Shown here: one piece after another, positions 48,412-58,469 of the stretch
Layout of the letters: each line of letters starts with the position of its first letter
Numbering within the stretch: the first letter of the stretch is position 1
IMG/VR virus record: IMGVR_UViG_3300028030_000005
Span: 1 to 64,000 of that record
Origin: a virus
DNA length: 64,000 bases
Reading direction: 5' to 3' (one strand)
The notes under the pieces: model-generated
What the model was told of the DNA's origin: nothing
The model's input: only the letters and a program-made list of their open reading frames with translations
Databases searched by the model: none
Made by a program: the position numbers and the translations under genes

Positions 48412-50028
48412 TTAGTTTAAGTTGGGGTCTAATATCAATCCTGTGAAAAATAACTTATTTACTTCGAAATTTGGAACGAATCCATAATCGATACAATAAG
48501 CATCTTGTTTTATCTCAACGGTTATATCTTGATATGATAATATCAGATTGTCTTGCGTTGATGTTGCTGTTCTTTTGTTTAAATAAGAATCGACCCATTC
48601 CGCTACCACTTCCGGAGACAATGTAGCTCTGTTTGGACCTTGTTGTTGATTTCCAAGTAGGTCAATTTTCGCATTGACGATTATTTCTTTGTTTAATTGA
48701 GCGGCAATTCTCATCAATTGCCAACTGTGAGAAGTACCGTCAGGATTTACAACGTTTTTGTTATTTTTAAGCGTTGTAATTCCTTGTGTGATTACAAAAG
48801 AGTTTAAATCGTCGTCGTAGTGTGTAGTCAATACACCATTATCGAGAGCAAGCGTCAATTCTTTATCGTTCATTTTATGACGCTCACCTGCATATGCTAA
48901 CGCCTTAAATGTTGGTGGTGTTTGTGGTGGTAATCCTGCGACTCTACCGAGCACATAAGCAGCGTGATATTTACTGTTTTTAATCCACTCACCCATATTG
49001 ATGTTATTTTCAATACATCCTGCGTGAACCACAACAGCTTTCTCGCTATTCAGTGTGTTTGCTGCTGTTATTGATTGAGAGTGGAATGTGTTTCTGTCAT
49101 TTCCTCCACCAACAATAATAGTTTTGTCGAAACGAGCTTCTTGATGTACGTGTGCGAGAATTTTTAAATTATCTACACTAACTGCATCCGCTTCACTATC
49201 TAAACTCAAAATATTCGAATAATCAAGATTTTTGACAGCATCAAGTACATCATCAATTCTGTCAGTATTATAAGTTTGAGTTGCTCCTGCAAATAACTGA
49301 TATCCTGCTAATGACGTAATGTCTGCTGCAACGATTGCTCCTCCTGTTGTTGAAATCAGTTTGAAGTTGTTGTTGAAATCATAATCGACTGATGCCCAAT
49401 CAGCAAATTCGCTGATATCCGCTATCTCCGGACTCGAAGCTATTAATACCGGCTGAACGTCGTTTTGAGATATTCCATCGTATAAAACGCCATTTTCATC
49501 AACTCCTTTATATCCACCTCTCCAAAATTTGAATCTGAACTTGTTTGTATCAACAGTACCTGCTTCTAATGTGACAGCAAATCCTGTTTGTAATTGTCCT
49601 ACCTGGACATCTCCATTTGCTGTAAGTCCTTCGTGCTTGGTTTTTAACGCAATGCTACCATTTGTTAAGTTTAGTGTTAAACTTGCAGCGGTTGTTTTTA
49701 GCGCGCGAACATACCACAAAACAGATACTCCAGGATATCCAGGACCGTTCGGTCTGAATAGTGGCTTAGCTAAGTCATACAACTCACCTCCACCAACAAA
49801 TTTTCTAAAATCGCGAATATTGTCGAATCCATAGATTGAATCTTGTCCTTGTGAGAATTCGCCATCAATTCCTGCACCTCCACCATATTTACTTGTATCA
49901 TCTTTGTCGATGATTAGCACATTGCCGTAAGACAATTTTAACGGTGGATTATTTACTCCTGACGATATTTTTGAATAACTACCGGGTAGTTTAATCAATT
50001 TTCCGTTGAAAATGTATTCTGTTGCCAT
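48412..50028 (-). CDS. Contractile tail sheath protein
   Basis: FNG...PGSYS N-terminus, AA...G..AG...P.TFK and ITQGITT. Confidence 0.9.
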   Translation of the reverse strand: MATEYIFNGKLIKLPGSYSKISSGVNNPPLKLSYGNVLIIDKDDTSKYGGGAGIDGEFSQGQDSIYGFDNIRDFRKFVGGGELYDLAKPLFRPNGPGYPGVSVLWYVRALKTTAASLTLNLTNGSIALKTKHEGLTANGDVQVGQLQTGFAVTLEAGTVDTNKFRFKFWRGGYKGVDENGVLYDGISQNDVQPVLIASSPEIADISEFADWASVDYDFNNNFKLISTTGGAIVAADITSLAGYQLFAGATQTYNTDRIDDVLDAVKNLDYSNILSLDSEADAVSVDNLKILAHVHQEARFDKTIIVGGGNDRNTFHSQSITAANTLNSEKAVVVHAGCIENNINMGEWIKNSKYHAAYVLGRVAGLPPQTPPTFKALAYAGERHKMNDKELTLALDNGVLTTHYDDDLNSFVITQGITTLKNNKNVVNPDGTSHSWQLMRIAAQLNKEIIVNAKIDLLGNQQQGPNRATLSPEVVAEWVDSYLNKRTATSTQDNLILSYQDITVEIKQDAYCIDYGFVPNFEVNKLFFTGLILDPNLN

Positions 50029-50031
50029 AAA

Positions 50032-50208
50032 TTACTTTTTTTCAATTATTTTTTTGCGAACAAACTCTGCTTTCCATTTTTCAAGAGTCTGCAATTGCTT
50101 TCCATACAACTTTGCAACAGCAAAGATGTTTCTATTGCCCAGACCTAATGTTTGAGCGGCGGTAGATGCAGTTATTGTAACATCTTTTTTTGTATTGTTA
50201 TTCGCCAT
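50032..50208 (-). CDS. Small hypothetical protein (58 aa) preceding the sheath
   Basis: MANNNTKKDV...KIIEKK read by hand; fills the gap. Confidence 0.6.
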   Translation of the reverse strand: MANNNTKKDVTITASTAAQTLGLGNRNIFAVAKLYGKQLQTLEKWKAEFVRKKIIEKK

Positions 50209-50863
50209 CGTTAATGATTTTATTTGATTTACATAAAATTATGTCAGCAATGTTTTCGCTTCCCCACCACCTCGGAACCTCTACTTCATAGAAAAACGAG
50301 ATACCTATGCTACGCATAAAAATATTTTCAGGGACAAGGTCCGAATTTATTCTCAATTCTTGACCGGTTAGTGTAGCATTTTGCAATCCAGATAGTGATA
50401 ATGTTTCTAATACAGTAATCAATCCTGCTCTAATCAGATGATACATCAACAACACCTCTGCGCTGTTATCGCTGGTAATTACCAATTGAAATGTTGATTG
50501 AAAATTTTTTCTATATGCTACTGAGCTTCCTGACATTAATTCAAATAACGTATCGCTATCTGACTCATCATTTGATAGCGTACCGTTTGTTTGATTTTCA
50601 CTCGGAATAGTTATATGTACAGTTGGAATTCGAGCTCTTTCTGCATCAAATGCTGTTCTTACTTCTATTTTACGTGGATGCTCTTGTTCTCTGGTAAACA
50701 AATCAATCGCTTGTTCGAGATACTCACGTTTTTCGTCCACAACGCTATCGAAATAATGATGTAATAACGTTTTACTTTTATCAGTAGCTGATATGTAATC
50801 GTTTTTAATGTGCTTCAATAACGCCTCTACTATATGCCTTAAAATAACTTCTGGTATTATCAT
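50198..50863 (-). CDS. Tail terminator / tail completion protein
   Basis: MIIPE N-terminus; position in the neck cluster. Confidence 0.55.
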   Translation of the reverse strand: MIIPEVILRHIVEALLKHIKNDYISATDKSKTLLHHYFDSVVDEKREYLEQAIDLFTREQEHPRKIEVRTAFDAERARIPTVHITIPSENQTNGTLSNDESDSDTLFELMSGSSVAYRKNFQSTFQLVITSDNSAEVLLMYHLIRAGLITVLETLSLSGLQNATLTGQELRINSDLVPENIFMRSIGISFFYEVEVPRWWGSENIADIILCKSNKIINDGE

Positions 50864-51624
50864 AATCCTAAATGTGCTAAGTAACTATCTATTGCGACAT
50901 CAACAATATGTGGAACGTCCGTTTTTTGTAACGCTTTTTCGGCTAATTTTTTTGGTTGAAATCCTGGATGAATCCATCTGTCCGCATCTGAATTTACGCT
51001 AACGCGCCTAAACATTACATATCCACCCCCCTTATTGCTTCCTAATCCTTCATATATTGATGTCATTGCTGTTCCTTTCGGTATTGATGTCATTGCTCCA
51101 CTCTTTAACTTTCTACGCAGAGTTGCTGATTGCGGAATGTGATATTTTGTTGGAATGTCAGATAGTGACAACTGAGCTTTGCCTTGTAGAGCCTTTGCTT
51201 TTTGATGTATTATCGTCGGCATTACTCCTGCAAATGCATTGTTTTCTCCTAATGACGATGGTATTGCAAATCGAAATCCTATTGTCAAGTACGGCAATCC
51301 ATTTTTAGTGTATTTTACTTTCCTACTTGACAAAAATCCGCGTTTCATATCGAACTCACTCGCTCCCATTTCAAGTGCGTTTGCAATCCAAACTGCCGGA
51401 TTGAGATATACTACTCCGGTAAATTTATCACGCTTTTCAACTTGTATTGCTTGTCGATACTGCTCTCGTGTACTTTTTAACGTTGTTTTTGCTTGCGTAT
51501 CCCAATTGCGCGCAAATTGCGCTGTTACCTCATCGACAACAAATTCCAACATATCATCAACTTCTTTTTGTGAGAGTTGAAATTCCGCTGATATATCTCT
51601 TGTGTCGATGGATAAGTCTATCAT
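50860..51624 (-). CDS. Neck / tail completion protein
   Basis: E.GAS.FDMK, Y..FRRVS.NS....WIHPG pattern of Herelleviridae-like neck genes. Confidence 0.6.
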   Translation of the reverse strand: MIDLSIDTRDISAEFQLSQKEVDDMLEFVVDEVTAQFARNWDTQAKTTLKSTREQYRQAIQVEKRDKFTGVVYLNPAVWIANALEMGASEFDMKRGFLSSRKVKYTKNGLPYLTIGFRFAIPSSLGENNAFAGVMPTIIHQKAKALQGKAQLSLSDIPTKYHIPQSATLRRKLKSGAMTSIPKGTAMTSIYEGLGSNKGGGYVMFRRVSVNSDADRWIHPGFQPKKLAEKALQKTDVPHIVDVAIDSYLAHLGL

Positions 51625-51785
51625 CGTCGCTTCGAAATTATCTTACCGAGATGTGTGATTGTCATTACAGCAGATATCATAAATGTCAAATATATCCATC
51701 CGTTGTACGGGTACAATTTATTCAGATACATTGTTGTTCCCAGCACTGCAGCTGATATGATTGTAATTATTGTATTCCTTTTCAT
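51621..51785 (-). CDS. Small two-TM membrane protein (54 aa)
   Basis: MKRNTIITIISAAVLG...WIYLTFMISAVMTITHLG read by hand; start and stop overlap neighbours on both sides. Confidence 0.55.
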   Translation of the reverse strand: MKRNTIITIISAAVLGTTMYLNKLYPYNGWIYLTFMISAVMTITHLGKIISKRR

Positions 51786-52147
51786 AACAATATAATTATC
51801 AAGTTAAATATCCATAAAATGGCGCTAATTATTGACCATATTACAATTAATTTTTTCTTTAATGCAGGTTCATTTTGTCCTACATAAAACAAATCTTTTT
51901 TCCAGACCCACGAAAAATGCCTATCAAACAGAACAGCTCTCGATAATACTACAAAAGTACCAAATTGCCATCCTACATTAATCCACATTAAGATAGCAAA
52001 TGAGAGATGAAACCAAACGTCCCACTGGTGCCATTTGATGTTGTGTTCACTATCTTTACTGTCTTTCGATACGTGATAATCGTGATACACTTCTATCACA
52101 AAGTACATCGTAAAAACAATCAGAATATTTGCTATTTTTATCAACAT
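51782..52147 (-). CDS. Membrane protein (121 aa)
   Basis: Several hydrophobic segments. Confidence 0.6.
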   Translation of the reverse strand: MLIKIANILIVFTMYFVIEVYHDYHVSKDSKDSEHNIKWHQWDVWFHLSFAILMWINVGWQFGTFVVLSRAVLFDRHFSWVWKKDLFYVGQNEPALKKKLIVIWSIISAILWIFNLIIILL

Positions 52148-52938
52148 CTCTTAAAATTTAGACTGCTATCACACTGTTTGTCGTAACTGTTGTCAAGTAG
52201 GTAGTCTTGATTATAATTCTGAGAATCTAATATGTAATGAGCGGCCCTACCAACTGCACTGACAGGAAAGTCTTTATCGATATCTTTGCCTGCTGTTAAT
52301 TTTTTTGATGTCATAACATCTCTATTGACGTCAAGTATATAATATACTGGATTGTATAGGTATCTTACGCTGATTGTTGGATATTGTTCGTTAACGTTAT
52401 TCAGTTCAATCCATTGATTGTGCTGAATTGAATAATCGTCAGAAGTTAGTTTTATCAACGGACTGTCACTATCTGCAAATCTAAATATATCTACGATATC
52501 AATAATCGGATACGTTGTCATTACTCTGTATTTGCCGTCGGTATGTTGCTTTAAAAATAGCGTTTCGTTTAATGACTGAATCGAATTGATTATCGTAATT
52601 TTATCCATATACGACAATCTCTGTTCGTTAAGTGCAGTAATCTTTGCTGTGCCGAGATTCTCTTTCGACCACTCCTTGTATTGAGTATCTTTGTTGATAC
52701 TTTGGATTACCATTCGTGTTTGGTTCGGATTGTAGAATACCCAACCAGAGCCTCCACAATTACGACAATTTGATAAAGCCATTCCGTCTGGTCTATTTCT
52801 GCAAGGACATTCAATCGCTTTTTCAACAATAACATCATATCCTTTCTGCCAAACTAAAGCATCAAAGTCTGTTTTAACAAGGTCAACACGAGCCTTGCCT
52901 TGTAAATTTGGAGCAGTTGTTTTTACTAATTCTCCCAT
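52141..52938 (-). CDS. Head completion/neck protein with a zinc motif
   Basis: ECPC...CRNCGGSGW. Confidence 0.65.
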   Translation of the reverse strand: MGELVKTTAPNLQGKARVDLVKTDFDALVWQKGYDVIVEKAIECPCRNRPDGMALSNCRNCGGSGWVFYNPNQTRMVIQSINKDTQYKEWSKENLGTAKITALNEQRLSYMDKITIINSIQSLNETLFLKQHTDGKYRVMTTYPIIDIVDIFRFADSDSPLIKLTSDDYSIQHNQWIELNNVNEQYPTISVRYLYNPVYYILDVNRDVMTSKKLTAGKDIDKDFPVSAVGRAAHYILDSQNYNQDYLLDNSYDKQCDSSLNFKRC

Positions 52939-52939
52939 A

Positions 52940-53716
52940 TTACAAACTTGTTATTACCATTCCATCGTATTTAGCTTCAAGCTCATCCTTCATTCGCTTT
53001 AAATCATCGACATATCCTGTTACACGAGCACCGTATCCAGCATTTGTTGCAGACGATGTTGTCGATATACTTTGACTCAGTCCGTCGATTCCGATACTCT
53101 GACTTGCTATTCCAGCACCTAAGATTATATCTCCTAATTGATGAAATATGTTTATCGATGCTAACTTGCCTGCAAAGTCAAGAATGTCGTCAGGCAACTT
53201 TTCAAAACTCGTACAATATTTTGCTGTCCAATAATTTGGAATTGTAGGTTGTCCAAACCATCCAGTATGTGGAGTTATTCCACTGAACACAACGCTATTG
53301 TGAGTCACTGCTCCAGCTGTAGGAACAATGTAAATTGCTCGGTGGAATCCGTGTCCATCCGATGTTTTTTTTGCAGAGAGCCATTCAGTTGGAAATTTGA
53401 TTTGTTCTACGTTACCGAGAAATCCGGTTAGACTGATTGGCTTAACTACTGGATAACTCGTTTGTAGTAGTCCCCAGTGTTTGTAGTCTTGTAGATTGTA
53501 ATTTAGTGTTTCCTCAATTATCTGTTTTTTAACCTTTAAATTCAACCATCCTTCAACATTTTCAATTGCTGCATTGATATAGAATTGAATTTTTTCAGGC
53601 GACATAATATTGCCAGAAGGGTCTTTGATAGGTATTCCAAAAAAATACCTATCAACCAACTCCTCTGCCGATATTGCTGTTTTGTTTTTTTCAAACTTAA
53701 TTGAGTATCGTGTCAT
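52940..53716 (-). CDS. Head-tail adaptor (neck) protein
   Basis: GAGIASQSIGIDGLSQSI.TT.SA...YGA motif. Confidence 0.7.
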   Translation of the reverse strand: MTRYSIKFEKNKTAISAEELVDRYFFGIPIKDPSGNIMSPEKIQFYINAAIENVEGWLNLKVKKQIIEETLNYNLQDYKHWGLLQTSYPVVKPISLTGFLGNVEQIKFPTEWLSAKKTSDGHGFHRAIYIVPTAGAVTHNSVVFSGITPHTGWFGQPTIPNYWTAKYCTSFEKLPDDILDFAGKLASINIFHQLGDIILGAGIASQSIGIDGLSQSISTTSSATNAGYGARVTGYVDDLKRMKDELEAKYDGMVITSL

Positions 53717-53717
53717 T

Positions 53718-54263
53718 TTATTCTTTTGTTAGAATACTGATTGCAAAATCAATCAATGCCGGTTTACCGTCTTTACCTTTGAATTCAGGCTTATTGATTT
53801 CAGCTTCGTCAACACCTGCTTCAACTAACATTTCACGAATCTCAGGCATTGTCATTGCTTGAAGTTCTTTTTTAACTTCGTTATTGTCGGTAGATTCGCT
53901 TGTAATGTCGTTACTATCTTGTGGTTCAACTGCCTGTTTCCCATCCGGTTCGGGATGTGGTGGTGGAGTTGCTGTAGTTGTTTGTGGTTCGAGCGGCTTT
54001 ACTTCGTCAGATTTTGTTTCAGGCAATTCCGGTTCTTTGTTGATTTCATCGATATTTTCGTCCTTTGAAGTACCAGTGGTTTCGTCCGGAATAACCGGTT
54101 CTTGTGACTCGACGAATACTAATGAATACGATGCATTGACCAACTTTTGTGCTTGGTCATCCGGCAACTCTGCGATGCCATTTTCATCAAATTTAATTTT
54201 CCCAAATGATGTCGAACGCTCTTTTCCTCGTTCGTGCAAATGTAATGTTCTAATCTTTGCCAT
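53718..54263 (-). CDS. Hypothetical post-capsid protein with an acidic/Pro-rich linker
   Basis: FDENGIAE N-domain; helical C-domain. Confidence 0.6.
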   Translation of the reverse strand: MAKIRTLHLHERGKERSTSFGKIKFDENGIAELPDDQAQKLVNASYSLVFVESQEPVIPDETTGTSKDENIDEINKEPELPETKSDEVKPLEPQTTTATPPPHPEPDGKQAVEPQDSNDITSESTDNNEVKKELQAMTMPEIREMLVEAGVDEAEINKPEFKGKDGKPALIDFAISILTKE

Positions 54264-54325
54264 TTTACTGTTTTTTTGAATTAATGTTTTGTGAATCTAA
54301 ATATACGAAAAATATCTAATATAAC

Positions 54326-54356
54326 AAAAGCCCACACATTTCTGTGTAGGCTTTTT
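54326..54356 (-). terminator. Rho-independent terminator after the major capsid gene
   Basis: Minus strand AAAAAGCCTACACA-GAAA-TGTGTGGGCTTTT hairpin with U-tract. Confidence 0.85.
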
Positions 54357-54378
54357 GAGAATACAAAAGAGACCGGGT

Positions 54379-55902
54379 TTAGAAATTTCGTCCGATATTT
54401 ACAAATCTTATCATCTTGCTTGGCGCATAAACGATAGGAGTACCGTACAATAATACCATAAAACGGTCGGCAGGGCTTAATTTTGCAAGCGGCATTTTCA
54501 TAAGCGGAGCTAATTGTTTGAATTCAATAACATCTGTATCTCCTTGTAACAATAATGCTTCCTCAGTTCCAGGCAACCAACGGTTTCTGTCACGTACTTT
54601 ACCAGCTGCTGCTCCATCCACTCCATTTGCTAACGAACCACGTTTTGTATCAGTTCCTGCTGCAGGAACGACCATAATCGGATACATTGTGGTTTTGTTA
54701 AATGGTGTTGACGGGTCTTTTAATGAGCGATATACAACATATGCGTTCGGTGTGTAAGCACCTGCAGTTGCTGTAAATGTCAAATCGACACTATCGTCAG
54801 CATTTGCGATGGTTACTGTGTTGCCTACTTGCGTCATTGCACTTTCGCCATATCGGTTAATTGCAGATACTGCATAGTAGTAATCGCCGATTCCGTCAGC
54901 AAATTTGCTGTGTCCGTCATTTGCTACTACATCAGCTGATACTGCTGTAGGTGCAGAAGGTGCTTTGGATGAGCTTGCCGGAGCTACTGAAAGTTTGCCA
55001 GGTGCTTTTGCTGCAAAAATGTCGTATTCGAAATCAATCAAACCGTACATTGATTGGAATTTACTGATGTGCTGACCAGTGGTCATTCCTTTAGTATTAG
55101 CATTTTGACTTCCACCAATCATTACGCGTTGTTTAGCGTAGAATTCGGTTGCAAAGTCAGATAATACTACAGGCGGCGCAATCAATAAGTTCGCTTGGGC
55201 AAATTTGTTCAATAATGTTTGAGCCCCTTTCTCAAGGTTTTCTTGTTTCAAGACACTTCCTCGCAGGTCAATCACTAACTCAGAATCCATATATTCATCT
55301 AAGTTGGCAAATTGGTCGTTGTTCATATGCTGCGCATATAAGCCGTTCCACTCTTGCTTAACGACTTTTTCATCACCGGTAAATAAAGCTCTATCCGCTT
55401 TTCTTAAAATCCACAAGATTCCGTTAGTAGTTTCTCTACGAACGATATCTCCGACGTTGGTATTTACGAGCTGCATTTGATGTGTGACGGATTTGGTAAC
55501 ACCCAAATACTTCACGTGTTCAGCTTTACGAACGTATTTAGAATCCTCTTCTTCCGGCAATTCGCCTTCGTTATTGAATCCTCCACGGTCGCTACCGTAG
55601 CTCGTTAATTGGTTGTACTCCTCAACAGTGTTAAACGCTGCTGTTTTCGGGAAACGTTTCCAGAAGCGAATATCGCTTTCTTTAAACGTAATAAGTTTCA
55701 AAGAGCTTTCCAAACTCTCTGTTTTCAATGCACCACCATTGGTTTGATTTCCGGACATATCTCCACCTTGAAGCTGTCCAGCTTCAAGCGCTTTTGATAA
55801 TTCAGCAAGTTGGTCTGCCGTTAAATTGGCTTGTCCCATTGCTGCTCCGTCAAATCCTGCACCGTGTTGGTAGTCTGCAAGATTTACTGAAAGATTTTCC
55901 AT
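54379..55902 (-). CDS. Major capsid protein (HK97 fold, Herelleviridae-like)
   Basis: LSKAL propeptide, GGALKTESLE, TVEEY, PLMKMPLA and LYGT motifs; followed by a terminator. Confidence 0.9.
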   Translation of the reverse strand: MENLSVNLADYQHGAGFDGAAMGQANLTADQLAELSKALEAGQLQGGDMSGNQTNGGALKTESLESSLKLITFKESDIRFWKRFPKTAAFNTVEEYNQLTSYGSDRGGFNNEGELPEEEDSKYVRKAEHVKYLGVTKSVTHQMQLVNTNVGDIVRRETTNGILWILRKADRALFTGDEKVVKQEWNGLYAQHMNNDQFANLDEYMDSELVIDLRGSVLKQENLEKGAQTLLNKFAQANLLIAPPVVLSDFATEFYAKQRVMIGGSQNANTKGMTTGQHISKFQSMYGLIDFEYDIFAAKAPGKLSVAPASSSKAPSAPTAVSADVVANDGHSKFADGIGDYYYAVSAINRYGESAMTQVGNTVTIANADDSVDLTFTATAGAYTPNAYVVYRSLKDPSTPFNKTTMYPIMVVPAAGTDTKRGSLANGVDGAAAGKVRDRNRWLPGTEEALLLQGDTDVIEFKQLAPLMKMPLAKLSPADRFMVLLYGTPIVYAPSKMIRFVNIGRNF

Positions 55903-55966
55903 TGTAATAATTAATTTTTGTTTTTAAATTCCGTCCTCTCTTTTCTTACACAATCTTTCAATATTT

Positions 55967-57400
55967 TTACTTCACTAATGTGATGCCTAATTGTTGAGCT
56001 TTAGCAATTAAATTTTTACCAACTGCACCGGCTTGCTCAAACATCATAATTTCAGATGCTACAACTTTATCAGTAATTCCTTCGTCGGTTGTAATTGCTT
56101 TTGTCAATGTGTCGAGAATCTGTCTTTTATCTTTTGTGACCGACAAAACGTTTCCGGCTGGCTTTTTGTTCAAATCGTCATCAAAAGATTTTTCAACATA
56201 ACTCTTTGTAGTGACACTTTTTCGTTGAACGGGCTGAGATTCGATACTGTCTAATCTTTCATTCAAATCACTGATTTGGTCCATCAATGATTTTTGAATC
56301 GTTCCTACAGCTTCGAATTTCTCATCAAGTTCGTCGTGAAGGTGCTCGTTATGTTCTTTTAACAATACACCAATTCCTTTGAGCAATTTACTTGAATCCA
56401 CTTCACCATCAGAAATATCTTTCGATGCAATTTGTCCTTTCAAAACTTCGATTTCAGCTAACGCTTTTTCTAATTTTTGTTCAACAACAGAAGCTACGTC
56501 CGTTGCTTGTTCAGTATTTACATCAGCTCCTACTTCAGTAGTGGCTGTATCGTCCGGAGTTTGTTCTGTTGTAGCAGCCTCTGCTGGTTCGTCAGTTAAT
56601 TCTAACGCTTGTAATGCTTTTTCAATTGCTTCCTCAGAAACTTCTTTGATGGTTTTTTTATCTTTTGCCATATTGATTGATTTTTCAATTTTTAATGTAA
56701 GTTCGTATAATTTTTCGGCACCTACAATTGATATATGTGGTAAATCTCGGAAAATTTTTTCAAAGAATGCACCTTTAGAAAAAGTTTTTTTAACTCCCTC
56801 TATCAAATCCTCCTTTGCTAATGCACGTCCGCTTGCTGATTCTGCCGACAGCGCTTTTTCACGAGTTTCGTCGTCCATATTTTCGTATGCCGATAATTTA
56901 TTAAAATTATGTGATTTGATAATTTCTGTTACTGTATCACTATTTTTGGGGTTTGGAGTGATTGCACATCCTGTAATTCTTGCTTCAAGCACTTTCGCAG
57001 GATTGTCTTTATCTCGTTTTAAAACTTCTCCTTCGATAGATAATCCGAGAGCCATCCCTTGTGCTTCAAGTAATTTTTGAAGTTCGTAAATCTGTTGTGC
57101 TTTAACACTATCTGGAAATAAGTAGAATTCAATAACCAACTGCCCTTTACTGTTTACTTTTGCAGATATAGGTCGTCCAACTAATGCGAGTGGGTCTTTA
57201 TTGGTTTGATGATTCCAGTTCATATATCCGTACTTCAAAAAGTACGAGACATCAAATCCTTTCGGGTCAAGATATTCTCCGTCCGCATCCAACGAAGGTG
57301 TTGATGCGATTCCTCGCATTTTCATCACCTTAGAATTGCCTTCACCTGCTTTTACCAGGTGTAGTGTTGCGTTAAACTTTATCGTTGAATTGCTCGTCAT
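55967..57400 (-). CDS. Prohead protease with a C-terminal scaffold region
   Basis: GIAST...D.DGE, NWNH, LSIEG and AIT..P.N; long coiled-coil C-terminus. Confidence 0.88.
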   Translation of the reverse strand: MTSNSTIKFNATLHLVKAGEGNSKVMKMRGIASTPSLDADGEYLDPKGFDVSYFLKYGYMNWNHQTNKDPLALVGRPISAKVNSKGQLVIEFYLFPDSVKAQQIYELQKLLEAQGMALGLSIEGEVLKRDKDNPAKVLEARITGCAITPNPKNSDTVTEIIKSHNFNKLSAYENMDDETREKALSAESASGRALAKEDLIEGVKKTFSKGAFFEKIFRDLPHISIVGAEKLYELTLKIEKSINMAKDKKTIKEVSEEAIEKALQALELTDEPAEAATTEQTPDDTATTEVGADVNTEQATDVASVVEQKLEKALAEIEVLKGQIASKDISDGEVDSSKLLKGIGVLLKEHNEHLHDELDEKFEAVGTIQKSLMDQISDLNERLDSIESQPVQRKSVTTKSYVEKSFDDDLNKKPAGNVLSVTKDKRQILDTLTKAITTDEGITDKVVASEIMMFEQAGAVGKNLIAKAQQLGITLVK

Positions 57401-57941
57401 AACTTTCGTCTAAAAACCACTTATTCAATCTCTGCTTCAATACCTTCAATACAAACGATGTTTCTGTTAATCCTAATTTGTCGAGATTTTCAAAAACACT
57501 TATCAATAGTTGAACAATAATCATATTGAATACTGCATAAAATAGCCATTTGTGTATATTGATATCGAAATCAAAGACTTCAGGAGTTGGCAGATGTTTT
57601 GCAAATATATTCAATACTCCTAATATAACTGTATATGCCCCTATCTTTATAATCATTCTACCGAATTTCCTCGATTGAATTTTTTGACCTTGTTTCAGAG
57701 ATGCCATTATGCCGGTCACAAACTCTCCTACAAGTAAAATTATAAATGCTACGTAAACCAATGCTGTCACACCTATATACTCCTCTATTAATGTTGCTAA
57801 ATAACCGGTCAGTGTGATTAGCAACACTCCAAAAGCAGATAGGTGCTTATAGTGAAATGTGCTATTTAGAAAATCGTCTATATTTCTATATCCGAATCCT
57901 TGTAACCAATAGGTTACCCAGTATATAACACTATTAATCAT
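57372..57941 (-). CDS. Holin (phage holin 4-like)
   Basis: TM segments; FVTGIMAS...IQSRK...K...LISVFENL..LG. Confidence 0.75.
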   Translation of the reverse strand: MINSVIYWVTYWLQGFGYRNIDDFLNSTFHYKHLSAFGVLLITLTGYLATLIEEYIGVTALVYVAFIILLVGEFVTGIMASLKQGQKIQSRKFGRMIIKIGAYTVILGVLNIFAKHLPTPEVFDFDINIHKWLFYAVFNMIIVQLLISVFENLDKLGLTETSFVLKVLKQRLNKWFLDESYDEQFNDKV

Positions 57942-57943
57942 AT

Positions 57944-58246
57944 TTATTGTGAAGGTGTTGTTGCGGTTACAATCTCTGTAGCATCATCCTCATTAATGTC
58001 TATCACCGTTAATGATAAATTCAAGTCTTGTGCTACTTTTTTCATTGTTTGCCAATCAAAATCCATTTCTTGAAATCCTAAACCAGCAATAATTGCATTG
58101 TCGTCGCGAACAATCTCCATATTGGTAAATTTCGTGTCAAATCCTTCGGTGGCTAATTCGTCGTTGGTTGCGAATATATCAACCTTTACTTCCGCTCTTA
58201 CTTCGGGAGTTACTCCGTTTGCTGATTTATAAACTAATGTTTTCAT
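57944..58246 (-). CDS. Hypothetical protein (100 aa)
   Basis: First gene after the consensus promoter. Confidence 0.65.
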   Translation of the reverse strand: MKTLVYKSANGVTPEVRAEVKVDIFATNDELATEGFDTKFTNMEIVRDDNAIIAGLGFQEMDFDWQTMKKVAQDLNLSLTVIDINEDDATEIVTATTPSQ

Positions 58247-58266
58247 ATGCTAATGTTTTTACTTGA

Positions 58267-58297
58267 CAAATATACAAAATTATTCTCGGTCACCAAA
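58267..58297 (-). promoter_or_regulatory. Consensus Bacteroidota sigma-A promoter
   Basis: Minus strand TTTG-N19-TATATTTG, an exact -33/-7 consensus match. Confidence 0.8.
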
Positions 58298-58469
58298 CCG
58301 GTTGCTTCAATAATTCAATTTCAATTTGCGCTTCAATCGCTTCTGTACGAAGTCTTATCAGCTCAGCTTTACATTTTTCGTACTTTTCTGCTGCTTTAAT
58401 TAGCTGTAAATTGCGCTTTTTTAGTTCCATTCTCGCTGGACATATCCAGTTTTTAATTTTTTCAATCAT
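58290..58469 (-). CDS. Small coiled-coil protein (59 aa)
   Basis: MIEKIKNWICPARME...KQPVW read by hand; ATGA overlap with the MuF stop. Confidence 0.5.
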   Translation of the reverse strand: MIEKIKNWICPARMELKKRNLQLIKAAEKYEKCKAELIRLRTEAIEAQIEIELLKQPVW

